A stretch of 64,000 nucleotides of DNA from Candidatus Eiseniibacteriota bacterium. GTDB lineage: Bacteria > Eisenbacteria > RBG-16-71-46. The position numbers and the translations under genes were made by a program. The first letter of the stretch is position 1, and each line of letters opens with the position of its first letter. Location of the stretch: assembly GCA_963776245.1 (NCBI GenBank), contig CAVZLN010000007.1, positions 84,012 through 148,011 of the forward strand, given 5' to 3'. The notes under the pieces are model-generated. The model was not told the origin of the DNA and did no database searches. It was given only the letters and a program-made list of their open reading frames with translations. Shown piece after piece: positions 35,288 to 46,168 of the stretch.

Positions 35288-35911
35288 TCACTCCTTCACT
35301 GCGCCGTGCGGCGCAGGCGCCGCGGCGGAAGCGATCTCGGGCTTGCCGCCCGGACTCGCGTGGGTCTCGGACTTGCCGCCGCCGCTCTTCCCGGGCTTGG
35401 GCATCAGCACCGCGTTGAGAGTGCGACCCTCGGAGCGCGGCGGGGACTCCACCAGCGCCACGTCGGCCAGCTCGGCGATCGCCTTCTGGATGAGCGCGTA
35501 CCCGAGTTCCTGGTGCGCCATCTCGCGCCCGCGGAACGTGACCGTGACCTTCACCTTGTCGCGCTCCTCGAGGAAGGTGCGCGCATGGCGGATCTTGAAG
35601 TCGTAGTCGTGGTCGTCGATCTTGGGGCGCATCTTCACTTCCTTGAGCTGCATCTGGTGCTGCTTCTTCTTGGCCTGGCGCGCGCGGCGGTTCTGCTCGT
35701 ACTTGTACTTCCCGTAGTCCATGATGCGGCAGACGGGCGGTCGCGCGGTGGGCGACACCTCCACCAGATCGAGACCCTTGGACTGTGCGAGGACGAGCGC
35801 GTCGCGCACCGGGAGCACGCCGACCTGAGCGCCGTCGTCCCCGATCACGCGGACCTGGGGGACGCGGATGCGCTCATTCACGCGCACTTCAGGCTGCTTC
35901 ATCACCGAAAT
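35288..35911 (-). CDS. infC: Translation initiation factor IF-3, probable ATT start
   Basis: VNERIRVPQVRVI, DYGKYKYE, KEVKMRPKID, FRGRE; GGAGGT RBS 6 nt before an in-frame ATT. Confidence 0.95.
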   Translation of the reverse strand: MSVMKQPEVRVNERIRVPQVRVIGDDGAQVGVLPVRDALVLAQSKGLDLVEVSPTARPPVCRIMDYGKYKYEQNRRARQAKKKQHQMQLKEVKMRPKIDDHDYDFKIRHARTFLEERDKVKVTVTFRGREMAHQELGYALIQKAIAELADVALVESPPRSEGRTLNAVLMPKPGKSGGGKSETHASPGGKPEIASAAAPAPHGAVKE

Positions 35912-36126
35912 GGCTGCACCTCCGATCCAGACGTCCGAACTCGTGCCCGGTCGCGGGTGGCGCACCACCAAAACGCGAACGCCGGGCGGGTCCTCCAAGC
36001 GGAAGGCCCCACCCGGCGTCGGCCGAAGCGAGCGAGCACGCGCCGATGTCGCGGTGGCGCGTGGCCAGGACCCTTGAGCAGGACCGTGAAGGTCCGCGGG
36101 GGTGAGAAGCACAGGGCTTCTGCTTG
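35912..36126 (-). promoter_or_regulatory. L20-leader-like 5' UTR of infC-rpmI-rplT
   Basis: Begins AAGCAGAAGC-CCTGT-GCTTCTCACC, resembling the L20 leader 5' hairpin; expected position. Confidence 0.65.
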
Positions 36127-36139
36127 GAAACTGGCCGGT

Positions 36140-36168
36140 ACTCTAGAGGAGGGCCCGGCCGGACGCAA
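36140..36168 (-). promoter_or_regulatory. Putative sigma70 promoter of the infC operon
   Basis: TTGCGT-17 bp-TAGAGT immediately upstream of the leader. Confidence 0.6.
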
Positions 36169-36308
36169 GCGGCGTCTGGGCCCGGCTCCGGACCCCGGTT
36201 GACAACCCCGGCTCGCGGCGGTGCATCCTACCGCCCGTGCCGGTCGCGGCGGCTCCCCGTGAGTCCGCGCGACCCGAGTCAGGGGGAACCCCACCACCAG
36301 GAGGCTTC

Positions 36309-36959
36309 ATGCGCAAGCTCATCGCCCTCTCCTTGCTGGCGCTGCTCGTCAGCGCCCCGGCAGCTTCCGCACTCGAGGCCGGCGATGGCTTGTACGCCAT
36401 CCAGGTCACCAACGGCATCGCGGACCTCCACGGGCTGCTCGATGGCAACAAGTACATCACCGCCTACGATCACTCCGAAGTCGGCGTCGGGTTCCAGTAC
36501 TGGCGGCTCATGTCGAAGGACTACGCCTTCACGCTGGCGGCCGGCCTCGGCTACTTCAGCGAGACCGACAAGCCGGGCACCGGGGCCCCCGCGGGCTCGA
36601 CCGACTTCAAGTACACCCAGGACTCGTGGAGCGTCCGGGTGGGCGGCGACCGCGTGGTGCAGGTCGGCGAACGCGGCATCGTCTACTTCGGTCCGGGCCT
36701 CGAATACTGGACCGGCAAGGCCAAGTTCGCCGGCGGCGCCGCGGGCGGGCCCTTCGCCACCGCCGTCGAGACCGAGGCCGTGACGCGCATCGGGATCTCG
36801 GGTCGGGTCGGCGGGATCATGATGCTCACCGACCGGGTGGGCTTCAACTGCCAGGTCGGCCGCTACGTCGGCTACGCCTCCGCCACCGAGAAGGGCGCCA
36901 AGGCCACCTGGTGGCCGAGCGGCTTCCAGGGCTCGGGCGGCCTGGTGTTCAAGTTCTGA
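36309..36959 (+). CDS. Outer-membrane beta-barrel-like protein
   Basis: GGAGG RBS, signal peptide, alternating amphipathic strands, terminal Phe (LVFKF). Confidence 0.7.
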   Translation: MRKLIALSLLALLVSAPAASALEAGDGLYAIQVTNGIADLHGLLDGNKYITAYDHSEVGVGFQYWRLMSKDYAFTLAAGLGYFSETDKPGTGAPAGSTDFKYTQDSWSVRVGGDRVVQVGERGIVYFGPGLEYWTGKAKFAGGAAGGPFATAVETEAVTRIGISGRVGGIMMLTDRVGFNCQVGRYVGYASATEKGAKATWWPSGFQGSGGLVFKF

Positions 36960-37018
36960 CGACGCCCGCGGTCCACCCGGTCCCGACGGGAGCGCGGACC
37001 ACGGTCCCGCGCACGAGG

Positions 37019-37789
37019 GTGCCCCGGTTCGCGCTCGTCCTCGCGCTCGTCGGCGTGATGGCGTCGCCGGCGCTGGCTCGCGCGCTGGCCGCGGACTCGA
37101 GCGCGTCGCGACCGGACAGCCTCCCCCGGCTCCCGGGGTTCACCATCGTGCGCGTGCCCGCGGGCGGCGATCCCCTCGAGGCGCGGGACAGCAGCGCCCG
37201 GCGCCCCGCGGCGGCGCGGCCCGCGAAGGACGGCGCGTCCGCACCCGGGCAGCGCATCTTCCTCTTCGCCGGGCTCGGCTTCCCGCTCGCGCCGTCCTCG
37301 TTCACCCGCCAGTGGGATCCGGGCGGCGCGTTCGGCGCCGGCATGGATCTGCTCCTCGAGCCGCGCTTCGGCGTGCGCCTGCGGGGCGAGTGGGCGCAGC
37401 TGCCGTTCGACGGACGGCGCTTCCTCAAGCAGGTGAATCGCTATGGCACCGGCGCGATCGTCGAGGGCGGCGCCGCGAGCGTGGTCCTGGTCGCGGCGTT
37501 GTTGCGCTTCCAGACGCGCGCCACGTGGCCGGGGTTCGCCATCGAGGGGGGCCCGGGCGCGGGCATGTTCCGCAGCGCGGACGCGCTGTTCTACGACCCG
37601 GTGACCGCGCAGTTGTTCGAGAACCCGGGCGACCAGCGCTACGGCGGCGGCGCGAGCGCGGGCGTGGGTGTGCAGTTCCTGCGCCGCGACGGCAGCGGCC
37701 TGTTCGCCGATCTGCACTGGAGCGCGCTCTACACCGGCGGCCGTCCGGTGCAGTACATCCCGTTCGCGGTCGGGGTCATCTTCCCGTAG
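37019..37789 (+). CDS. Secreted, probable outer-membrane beta-barrel-like protein (start uncertain)
   Basis: Signal peptide, Gly/aromatic strands, ends [11 protein letters not shown]. Confidence 0.55.
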   Translation: MPRFALVLALVGVMASPALARALAADSSASRPDSLPRLPGFTIVRVPAGGDPLEARDSSARRPAAARPAKDGASAPGQRIFLFAGLGFPLAPSSFTRQWDPGGAFGAGMDLLLEPRFGVRLRGEWAQLPFDGRRFLKQVNRYGTGAIVEGGAASVVLVAALLRFQTRATWPGFAIEGGPGAGMFRSADALFYDPVTAQLFENPGDQRYGGGASAGVGVQFLRRDGSGLFADLHWSALYTGGRPVQYIPFAVGVIFP

Positions 37790-37807
37790 CGGCCGCGCGG
37801 TGGCCGG

Positions 37808-39588
37808 CTACCTCCGCCGTTCGCGCGTCTCCTGCTGCACCCGCGCCAGGAACTCCTCGCGCGACATCGCCGGCAGCTGCCCCTCGCCCTTGCGCCGCGG
37901 CGCCACCGTGCCGGCCTCGGCCTCGCGCGGCCCGACCACCAGCATGTACGGGATCTTCTGGAGCTCGGCGTCGCGGATCTTGGCGCCCATCTTCTCGTCG
38001 CGCATGTCGGTCTCGACGCGCACCCCGCCCGCCTTGAGCAGCTCGGCGGTGGAGGTGGCGTAGTCGAACGCCTTCGGGTTGGCCGGGATCACCATCACCT
38101 GCACCGGCGCGACCCACACCGGGAACTCGCCGCCGGTGTGCTCGATGAAGATGCCGACGAAGCGCTCGAGCGAACCGTAGAGCGCGCGATGGAGCATCAC
38201 GACCTCGTGGTCCTGGCCGTCGGGGCCGGTGTAGTGCACGCCGAAGCGCTTGGGCAGGTTGAGGTCCACCTGGATGGTCGGGCACTGCCACTCGCGGCCG
38301 AGCGCGTCGCGCAGCTTGACGTCGATCTTGGGCGCGTAGAATGCGCCGCCGCCCTCGTCCACCTCGTACGGCAGGCCGCGCCGCTCGAGCGCCTGGCGGA
38401 GCGCTTCGGTCGCGAAGCTCCCACTCCTCGTCGCTGCCGATGTACTTGTCCTTCGGGCGGGTGGCGAGGTAGCACACGTACTCGTACCCGAAGGTGCGGA
38501 GCAGGAAGTCCATCAGGTCGAGGATGCCCGCGACCTCGTCGGCGAGCTGCTCGCGGGTGCAGAAGATGTGCGAGTCGTCCTGGGTGAACCCGCGCACGCG
38601 CTCCATGCCGTGCAGCACGCCCGAGCGCTCGTAGCGGTAGACGGTGCCCAGCTCGGCGTAGCGCAGGGGCAGCTCGCGGTACGAGTGCTTGCGGGTGTTG
38701 TAGATCATGATGTGCCCGGGGCAGTTCATCGGCTTGACCCGGTAGGGCTGCCCGTCGATCTCCATCGGCGCGTACATCAGGTCGGCGTAGTTCACCAGGT
38801 GGCCCGAGATCTCGTAGAGCTTCTCGCTCGCGATGTGCGGCGTGTACACGAGCTGGTAGCCGCGCTTCAGGTGCTCGTCCTTCCAGAAGCCCTCGATCAC
38901 GTGACGCAGCATGCCGCCCCGGGGGTGCCAGTGGATGAGCCCGGCCCCGACCTCCTCGTGGACCGAGTAGAGGTCGAGCTCCTTCCCCAGCCGACGGTGG
39001 TCGCGCTTGAGCGACTCCTCGATCAGCGCGAGGTGCGCGGTCGAGTTCCTCGGGAGTGGCGAACGCGGTGCCGTAGATGCGCTGGAGCATCTCGTAGCGC
39101 TCGCTGCCGAGCCAGTACGCGCCGGCGACGTGCGTGAGCTTGACCGCCCGCAGCCGGCCGGTGCTCTCCACGTGCGGGCCGCGGCACAGGTCGAGGAACG
39201 GGCCGTTGCGGTAGTAGGTGACCTTGGCGCCCTCGGGGATCTGGGTGATGAAGTGCAGCTTGTACTTCTCGTTGGCCGCGGAGAAACGCTGGTGCGCCTC
39301 CTCGCGGGTGGTCTCGACGTACTCGAAGGGCTGGTCCGCGGCGATGATCTCGCGCATCTTCGCCTCGATGCGCTCGAGGTCCTCGGGCGTGAACGGGGTC
39401 TCCTTGGCGAAGTCGTAGTAGAAGCCGCTGTCGATCGGCGGGCCGCCGGCCACCCTCACCTCGGGGAACAGTTCCACGACCGCGGTCGCGAGCACGTGCG
39501 CGGCCGAGTGGCGCAACTTGTAGAGCGCCTCGCCCCCGGGATACTGGGAGAGGTCGGGGCCCGAGGAGGACGCGGAGGCCATGGACAT
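37808..39588 (-). CDS. thrS: Threonine--tRNA ligase (frameshifts near 39040 and 38415)
   Basis: [60 protein letters not shown]. Confidence 0.95.
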
Positions 39589-39664
39589 GACGGGTTCCCT
39601 TCAATGAAACGCGGGGCGGCATGCCGGGACGACGGTTCCCTGCGGCGTGCGCGCCCCGCGAAGA

Positions 39665-39741
39665 TGGTGGGGGATACTGGACTTGAACCAGTGACCCCTT
39701 GCTTGTCGAGCAAGTGCTCTAGCCAGCTGAGCTAATCCCCC
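39665..39741 (-). tRNA. tRNA-Val(GAC)
   Basis: GGGGGATTAGCTCAGCTGGCTAGAGC...CTTGC-TCGACAA-GCAAG...GGTTCAAGTCC...CCCCCACCA. Confidence 0.95.
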
Positions 39742-39778
39742 GCGAATCGCGGATGAAACCGCAGGCGACGGCGCGCTG

Positions 39779-42004
39779 TCAAGGTTGCGGGCCGCGGTTC
39801 GCGGGCGTGTGACGGCGCAACGAGTCCGCCAGGGCCCGCAGCGCAGACGGGTCGCGCGCTCCCGGCGCGACCTCGAGCAGCCGGAGCGCGCCGGAGACGT
39901 CCCCGAGTCGCACGTGCGCGTGGGCCGCGATCACGCGCGCCTCGTCGTCATCGGGGCGGCTGGCGAGCAGGTGTTCGAGCGCCGCGATCGCCCCCGCGGC
40001 GTCGCCCGCCCGGAAGCACGCCAGCCCGAGCGCGTGGGCGTACCTCGCGTTGGTGGGATCGAGCCGCACCGCCGCCGTCAGCCGCTCGCGCGCCTCGGCG
40101 TAGCGGCCCTGGAGCAGGCGCGCGTGGCCGAGATTCGCCTCCGTCCAGGCCGAGCGGCCCCCGAGCGCCACCGCGCGCTGGCAGGCGTTCGCCGCGCCTT
40201 CGTAGTCTCCGAGCGCGGTGAGCGCCACCGTCTGCATGCGCGCGATCACGGCGTCCTGCGGCGCGAGACGCTCCGCCGCAGTGAGCTGGTCGAGGGCCTC
40301 GCGGGGACGCCCCCGGTCGAGCAGGTAGCCCGCCAGATAGGTGCGCGGCCACATCGCGTCCGGGCGGTTCCGGATCGATCGCCCGATCACCACGAGCACC
40401 GAGTCGGTGAACGCCCGCTCGTCGGTCGCCTCATCGGTGAACCGGTAGAGCGTGTACGAGTGGCGCGGTCCGCCGTTGTGATACTCCAGTTGCAGCAGGC
40501 CGGGCAGGTTCACGCCGGGCTCGGCGAGCACCGAGAACTGAAGCCTCATCCCCGCCTCGATCCGCGAGAAGAACAGCACCTGCGCTCCCGCCTCGCGACC
40601 CGCCCGGATGAGCTCCTCGAACGAGTCCACGTCGGGCAGCGCCACGTGACGCATGTGTGCGAAGTAGGCCGTGTGCGGCTTGCGCGCCATGAGCGCGGCG
40701 CCCTCGAGTCCGTGGGAGCGCAGCTCGGCGGCGGCGAGACGCACCTCGTCCGGCGGATCGGCGAGCAGCCGCCGGACATCCACGACCGTCGACACCGCGG
40801 AGACCGCGAGCAGCGCCACCGTCACCCCGGCCCGGGCGCGTGGCACCCAGCGGCTCCCCGCGCGCGTCGCGGCCGTGAACGGCAGCCGGTCGAGGGTCAG
40901 CAGGCCCGCCACCCCGGCGAGGTAGAACGGCAACAGGTAGAGGGAGAAGCGCGGGGAGTAGAACACGAGAGCGAGGACGAGGTAGGCGAGCCCGAAGTGA
41001 AGCACCATGCCTCGCCACCCGGGCCTTCGCCACGCCAGCAGCATCCCGGGCACCGCGAGCGCGCCGAGGACCGGCGGCATGAGCTCACGGGAGTCCCGCC
41101 ACCATCGCAGGGCGAGGTTGCCCACAAGATGGGTGAGCGTCTCGCGGGGACGGTCGAGGAGCACGTCGCCGAGCGAGTGATACCGCGCCCCCACCTGACT
41201 CCAGAACGTGTCCCATGGCAGGCCGTTCCCGACCAGCTCGTACGCGACGTTCATGTAGTTCAGCCGGCCGAACGGGTCGCCGTGCATCGCACGGCAGGCG
41301 ATCAGCCAGGCGCCGAGCGGCACGGCGGCACCGCCCGCGTAGGCGGCGAGGTCGGGCCAGCGGGCGCGGCGCGCGAGCAGCACGATCGCGGCCGCGGCGA
41401 GCAGCGTCACGCTGTCATAGCGACAGGTGACCGCGAGCCCGGCGAGTGCGCCCGCCAGCGCGAGCCGGGGTCCGCGGCCCCGCAGCAGCAGCGCGGTGGC
41501 CCCGATCGCGAGCGCGAAGCAGGGCAGATCGGTTCCGGCCTCGAGGGTGGCGCGGACGAACACCGGATTGACGAGCAGCGCGAGCAGGGCGATGAGCCCG
41601 GCCATCGGCCCGAGGAACCCCGCGACCAGCGCCCAGACCGCCGCCGCTCCCCCGGCCGCCGCGGCCACCTCGAGCAGCCGCGCCGCCAGCCAGTAGTCCC
41701 CGCCCACCAGCGGCGCGGCGCCCGCCAGAAGCAACGGATAGCCGAATCCGTGGAACTGGTAGTGCACGGCCTGCATCGAGCCCGCCGCGATGTCGCGGGC
41801 CGCCGGGATGTACTCCCCGAGCAGGTCGGTCTCGACCCCGTAGAGCGGTGTCGCGTGCCACGCGAGCGAGATCCACACCAGCGCGACCACAAACAGCGAT
41901 CCCGCAGCGAGAGCGAGCCGCTGAGGTCCAGGCCGCACGGCTGGCGGCGCCGGGGCGACCGCGGGCGCGGTGGGGATCGCTCGGGTTCTGCGGGCTCGGG
42001 CCAC
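39779..42004 (-). CDS. GT-C (ArnT/PMT-like) membrane glycosyltransferase with C-terminal TPR repeats
   Basis: Many TM segments, GYPLLLA, GTDL, PRFSL; TPR-like helices (NLGHARLLQGRYAEA, ALGLACFRAGD). Confidence 0.7.
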   Translation of the reverse strand: MARARRTRAIPTAPAVAPAPPAVRPGPQRLALAAGSLFVVALVWISLAWHATPLYGVETDLLGEYIPAARDIAAGSMQAVHYQFHGFGYPLLLAGAAPLVGGDYWLAARLLEVAAAAGGAAAVWALVAGFLGPMAGLIALLALLVNPVFVRATLEAGTDLPCFALAIGATALLLRGRGPRLALAGALAGLAVTCRYDSVTLLAAAAIVLLARRARWPDLAAYAGGAAVPLGAWLIACRAMHGDPFGRLNYMNVAYELVGNGLPWDTFWSQVGARYHSLGDVLLDRPRETLTHLVGNLALRWWRDSRELMPPVLGALAVPGMLLAWRRPGWRGMVLHFGLAYLVLALVFYSPRFSLYLLPFYLAGVAGLLTLDRLPFTAATRAGSRWVPRARAGVTVALLAVSAVSTVVDVRRLLADPPDEVRLAAAELRSHGLEGAALMARKPHTAYFAHMRHVALPDVDSFEELIRAGREAGAQVLFFSRIEAGMRLQFSVLAEPGVNLPGLLQLEYHNGGPRHSYTLYRFTDEATDERAFTDSVLVVIGRSIRNRPDAMWPRTYLAGYLLDRGRPREALDQLTAAERLAPQDAVIARMQTVALTALGDYEGAANACQRAVALGGRSAWTEANLGHARLLQGRYAEARERLTAAVRLDPTNARYAHALGLACFRAGDAAGAIAALEHLLASRPDDDEARVIAAHAHVRLGDVSGALRLLEVAPGARDPSALRALADSLRRHTPANRGPQP

Positions 42005-42114
42005 GGAGTCTCCACCAGGCTACAGCGTCGCCGGCCGGCCGCCTCGGACGAGGCGCCAGGTGCCCGATCTCCGTCCAACGACCGCGCTCTTCGACCGCGT
42101 CACTCGCAGCGGGG

Positions 42115-43132
42115 CTAGACGCTCCGTCCCAGCACCTCGGCGATGGTGCGGATCTGCCGCACCAGTTCCTCGTATTGCTCGGGGTAGAGCGACTGCGCGC
42201 CGTCCGACAGGGCGTGGTCGGGATCGTGGTGGACCTCGATGATGAGGCCGTCGGCGCCCGCGGCGATCGAGGCGCGCGCCATCGGCGCCACCTTGTCGCG
42301 GATGCCGGTGCCGTGCGAGGGGTCCACGATCACCGGCAGGTGCGAGAGCTCCTTCACCACCGGGATGGCGTTCAGGTCGAGCGTGTTGCGGGTGTAGGTC
42401 TCGAAGGTGCGGATGCCGCGCTCGCACAGGATGACCTGGGTGTTGCCCTGCGACATGACGTGCTCGGCGCTCATCAGCCACTCCTCGATGGTGCGAGGCG
42501 AGCCCGCGCTTGAGCAGCACCGGCTTCGCGAGGTGCCCGACCTCGCGCAGCAGCGAGTAGTTCTGCATGTTGCGCGCGCCGATCTGGAGGATGTCGGCGT
42601 AGCGCGCCAGCAGCGCGACCTGCGCGGTGTCCATCACCTCGCTCACCACCGCGAGCCCGTGGGCGTCGGCGGCGCGGCGCAGGATCTTGAGCCCCTCCTC
42701 GCCCAGGCCCTGGAACGCGTAGGGCGAGGTGCGCGGCTTGAACGCGCCGCCGCGCAGGATCGGTGCGCGCCCGCCTTCGCGACCGCGGCGGCGATGGTGA
42801 ACGCCTGCTCCTCGCCCTCCACCGAGCACGGCCCGGCCATCAGAGCGAGCTGCGCGCTGCCGATGGCGCACCGGCCCACCGAGATGATGGTGTCGTGCGG
42901 GCGGAACGCGCGCGAAACGAGCTTGAAGGGGGCCTTGATCTTCTCGGCCGACTCCACGCCCGGCCCAGCCCCGCACCTGGGCCCAGTCGATCCCCGCCAG
43001 ATCGCCGACCGCCGCGAGGCGCACCCGCCCGTCGTGATCGGTGCGGTGGACCGCGAGCCCGGCCATGCGCAGGTGCGAGGCCACCTCGCCGGCGACGGCC
43101 TCACTCGCACCCGGCTGGAGGATGACGAGCAT
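42115..43132 (-). CDS. aroF: DAHP synthase, type I-beta (frameshifted)
   Basis: [54 protein letters not shown]. Confidence 0.92.
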
Positions 43133-43142
43133 CGCATGGCCC

Positions 43143-44204
43143 CTACTTCTCGCGTCCGCGCACGGCGCGCTGGGCGAGCCAGGCATCCGCGAGCGTGAGG
43201 GCGAGCATGGCCTCGGCCACCGGCACCACGCGCGGGCAGATGCACGGGTCGTGGCGGCCCCGGATCTCGATGGTCGTCGTGCCGCCCGCGCGGGTGGCCG
43301 CGGTCTGCGGCCGGCCGATCGAGGTCGCGGGCCGCACCGCGACGCGCACCACGACCTCGGCGCCGTTCGAGATGCCGCCCGCGACGCCGCCCGCGAAGTT
43401 GGTGAGGTGGCGCGATCCGTCGAACACGTCGTTGGTCTGCGAGCCGTGGAGCGCGCACATGCCGAAGCCGCCGCCGATCTCCACTCCCTTGGTGGCGGGG
43501 ATCGAGAGCATCGCCGCGCCGAGCGCGGCGTCGAGCTTGTCCATGGTCGGATCGCCCCAGCCAGCCGGCACGCCGCGCGCCACCACTTCGACCACGCCCC
43601 CCACCGAGTCGCGCGCGTCGCGGGCGCGGGTGATGACCTCGGCCATCGCGGCGGCGGCCGCGGCATCCGGGCAGCGCACCGGGTTCTTCTCGACCTCGTC
43701 CCAGTCCCGGCGCTCGGTGCGCACCTCGCCGACCTGGACGGTGCCCCCCACGATCGTCACTCCCACCCCGGCGAGCGCGAGCCGCGCGAGCGCGCCGGCC
43801 GCCACCCGGCCCACGGTCTCGCGGCCCGAGGATCGACCCCCGCCGCGGTGATCGCGCACCCCGTACTTCTCGAGGTAGACGCGGTCGGCGTGGCCGGGGC
43901 GGAAGACCTCCTTGAGCGCCTCATAGTCCGACGAGCGGGGGTCGGCGTTGCGCACCATCATCGCGATCGGGGTGCCGAGGCTCACGCCCTCGAACAGGCC
44001 TGACAGCACCTCGACGGCGTCGGTCTCCTGACGCTGGGTCGTGAGCACGCTCTGGCCGGGACGGCGGCGGTCGAGCTCGCGCTGGATCGCGGCCACGTCG
44101 ATGGGCACCCCGGGAGGCAGACCATCCACCACCACGCCCACGGCGGGGCCATGGGACTCGCCGAAGGTGGTGACGCGGAACAGCCGTCCGAAGGTGGAGG
44201 CCAC
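43143..44204 (-). CDS. aroC: Chorismate synthase
   Basis: [36 protein letters not shown]. Confidence 0.97.
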   Translation of the reverse strand: MASTFGRLFRVTTFGESHGPAVGVVVDGLPPGVPIDVAAIQRELDRRRPGQSVLTTQRQETDAVEVLSGLFEGVSLGTPIAMMVRNADPRSSDYEALKEVFRPGHADRVYLEKYGVRDHRGGGRSSGRETVGRVAAGALARLALAGVGVTIVGGTVQVGEVRTERRDWDEVEKNPVRCPDAAAAAAMAEVITRARDARDSVGGVVEVVARGVPAGWGDPTMDKLDAALGAAMLSIPATKGVEIGGGFGMCALHGSQTNDVFDGSRHLTNFAGGVAGGISNGAEVVVRVAVRPATSIGRPQTAATRAGGTTTIEIRGRHDPCICPRVVPVAEAMLALTLADAWLAQRAVRGREK

Positions 44205-44205
44205 G

Positions 44206-44691
44206 TCAGCGCGTCCGCGTCGGCCGGCCGCGGGAGGACGCTCGCGCCGGCTTCGCGGTGGCCCGCGCGCGTGCCGGCTGCGCGAGGGTCTTCGCGTGGG
44301 CCGCGTTGAGGCGGGCGCGGAACGCGAGGTGGCCCAGCACCAGCCGTTCGAACTGGTGCAGGTAGGTGGGTCGGATGGAGGCGCGCGCGCCGGCGATCCA
44401 CGGCTTGCACTTCTCCCACGTGACCACGTCCTCGCCGGTGTGGTCGAAGAACAGTTCGGAGTTCAGCACGCCGTGGTTCACCAGCGTGCCCACCATCTCC
44501 CAGTACGAGATCGTCATGCGGAACCAGCGGTCCTCGTCGATGTGCGACAGGTAGCGGGCGTGGATCTCCTCCCAGCCCGCGGGCTGGAACTCGGAGAGGA
44601 ACCACCGGCGCGCACGGCGCAGTTCGGGCTCGCGGCGGATCTCGTAGAGACGCAGCAGCAGTTCGGCGTCGGCGTGCGTGGGCTTGGGCAT
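44206..44691 (-). CDS. Conserved hypothetical helical protein (DUF4760-like)
   Basis: DAELLLRLYEIRREPELRRARRW...SYWEM; good codon usage. Confidence 0.6.
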   Translation of the reverse strand: MPKPTHADAELLLRLYEIRREPELRRARRWFLSEFQPAGWEEIHARYLSHIDEDRWFRMTISYWEMVGTLVNHGVLNSELFFDHTGEDVVTWEKCKPWIAGARASIRPTYLHQFERLVLGHLAFRARLNAAHAKTLAQPARARATAKPARASSRGRPTRTR

Positions 44692-44828
44692 CGGTCGGCT
44701 CCCGGGCAGGTGGAACGGGACAGGTCCGCCCTGCATTCTAGCGATTCGTGGTGCCGCCTGCACGGACCACGCGGTCGCGCCACCCAACCCGCGCGCATCC
44801 CGGCATGCGTGCCCGGCATCCTAGGGGC

Positions 44829-45605
44829 ATGCCCCACCCGCTCGCCGCGCTCGCGCTCGCCCTCACGGTCGTCTCGCCTGGAGGCGCGCGCGCCCCGTCC
44901 GCCGCGACCGTCGTGACGCCGTCGGTGCGCCGGTTCAGCGCGTCCGACGCCTGGTTCGGCGCCGGCGCCGTGGCCGCCGTGGGGATCGCCGGGATGCTGG
45001 ACGGTGACGTGTACCGCGTCTCCGCGGGGCCCGACGCGCCGCGCCTTCACGAGCTGGCGAACACCTTCCGCCCGTTCGGATCGCCCGGGGTGGTGGCGCC
45101 GGGATTGGTGCTCGGGTACGCGGCCGGCCGCCTGCTCGACCGCCCGGCGGTCGCGCGGGCCAGCGTGCGCACGGCGCTCGCGGTCGGCGCCGCGGGGGTG
45201 GCGTGCGAGGGGCTCAAGCTCGCGGTCGGGAGGATGCGGCCGCGGGCGTCGCCCGGCGATCCCCGCGTGTTCCGCCCGTTCTCTGGGAACGCCTCGTTCC
45301 CGTCCGGGCACACCGCGGTGGCATTCGCCCTCGCCGCCGCGCTCGACCGCGAGACCGACTCGCGCTGGGTCCCGCTCGTCGCGTACCCGGTCGCCGCGCT
45401 GGTGGGTTGGTCGCGCGTGGAGGACGACGAGCACTGGGCGAGCGACGTGGCCGCCGGTGCCGCGCTCGGCTGGTGGACCGCGGACAAGGTCGAGACCCTC
45501 GCCCGGCGGCACGGCGTCGCCGGGGGCGGCGGGGCTCCGCGCGTCGGGATGTTCCTCACGCCCCTGAGGCGCAGCGTCCGTCTGGGCGTGCGGGCACGCT
45601 TCTGA
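44829..45605 (+). CDS. PAP2-family phosphatase
   Basis: KLAVGRMRP, SFPSGH, SRVEDDEHWASDV. Confidence 0.9.
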   Translation: MPHPLAALALALTVVSPGGARAPSAATVVTPSVRRFSASDAWFGAGAVAAVGIAGMLDGDVYRVSAGPDAPRLHELANTFRPFGSPGVVAPGLVLGYAAGRLLDRPAVARASVRTALAVGAAGVACEGLKLAVGRMRPRASPGDPRVFRPFSGNASFPSGHTAVAFALAAALDRETDSRWVPLVAYPVAALVGWSRVEDDEHWASDVAAGAALGWWTADKVETLARRHGVAGGGGAPRVGMFLTPLRRSVRLGVRARF

Positions 45606-45624
45606 ATCGGCTAGGAGGGATGAG

Positions 45625-46140
45625 ATGAGCGCGAAGGAGTGGGTCCTCGTGGTGGCCGCGGTTTCGAGCCTCGGGTTCATCGGGCTGACGAGCCGCCTCG
45701 CGAATCGGACGACGAAGCCGGCGCCCGCGGCGCGCGACACCGTGGGGCGCGTGGTGCGGACGGAGGCGGAGTGGCGGCAACGCCTCACCCCCGGGCAGTA
45801 CGGCGTGCTGCGGGACAAGGGCACCGAGATCGCCTTCACCGGCGCGCTGTGGGACAACCACGCCGACGGGATCTACCGGTGCGCGGGATGCGGCCTGACC
45901 CTGTTCAGCGCGCGGACCAAGTTCGAGTCCGGCACCGGCTGGCCGAGCTTCTGGGCGCCGATCGCCCCGACGCACCTGCGCGTGGCGACCGACAGCAGTC
46001 TGGGGATGGGGTTCGAGGAGGTGCAGTGCGCGCGCTGCGGCGGGCACCTGGGCCACGTGTTCGACGACGGCCCGGCGCCCACCCACCTGCGCTACTGCAT
46101 GAACTCGGTGGCGATGACGTTTCAGCCGGCGAAGCGGTAG
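45625..46140 (+). CDS. msrB: Methionine-R-sulfoxide reductase with N-terminal signal/anchor
   Basis: GTEIAF, KFESGTGWPSF, HLGHVFDDGP, RYCMNS, two CxxC. Confidence 0.95.
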   Translation: MSAKEWVLVVAAVSSLGFIGLTSRLANRTTKPAPAARDTVGRVVRTEAEWRQRLTPGQYGVLRDKGTEIAFTGALWDNHADGIYRCAGCGLTLFSARTKFESGTGWPSFWAPIAPTHLRVATDSSLGMGFEEVQCARCGGHLGHVFDDGPAPTHLRYCMNSVAMTFQPAKR

Positions 46141-46168
46141 GCCGGTCGCGGCATCGTCCGCGCGGCGC

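Noticed and set aside
39589..39664. T-box or attenuator leaders for thrS, pheS, leuS or trp
   Set aside because: Intergenic spaces are too short or overlapping and no T-box consensus or Trp-codon leader peptide was seen
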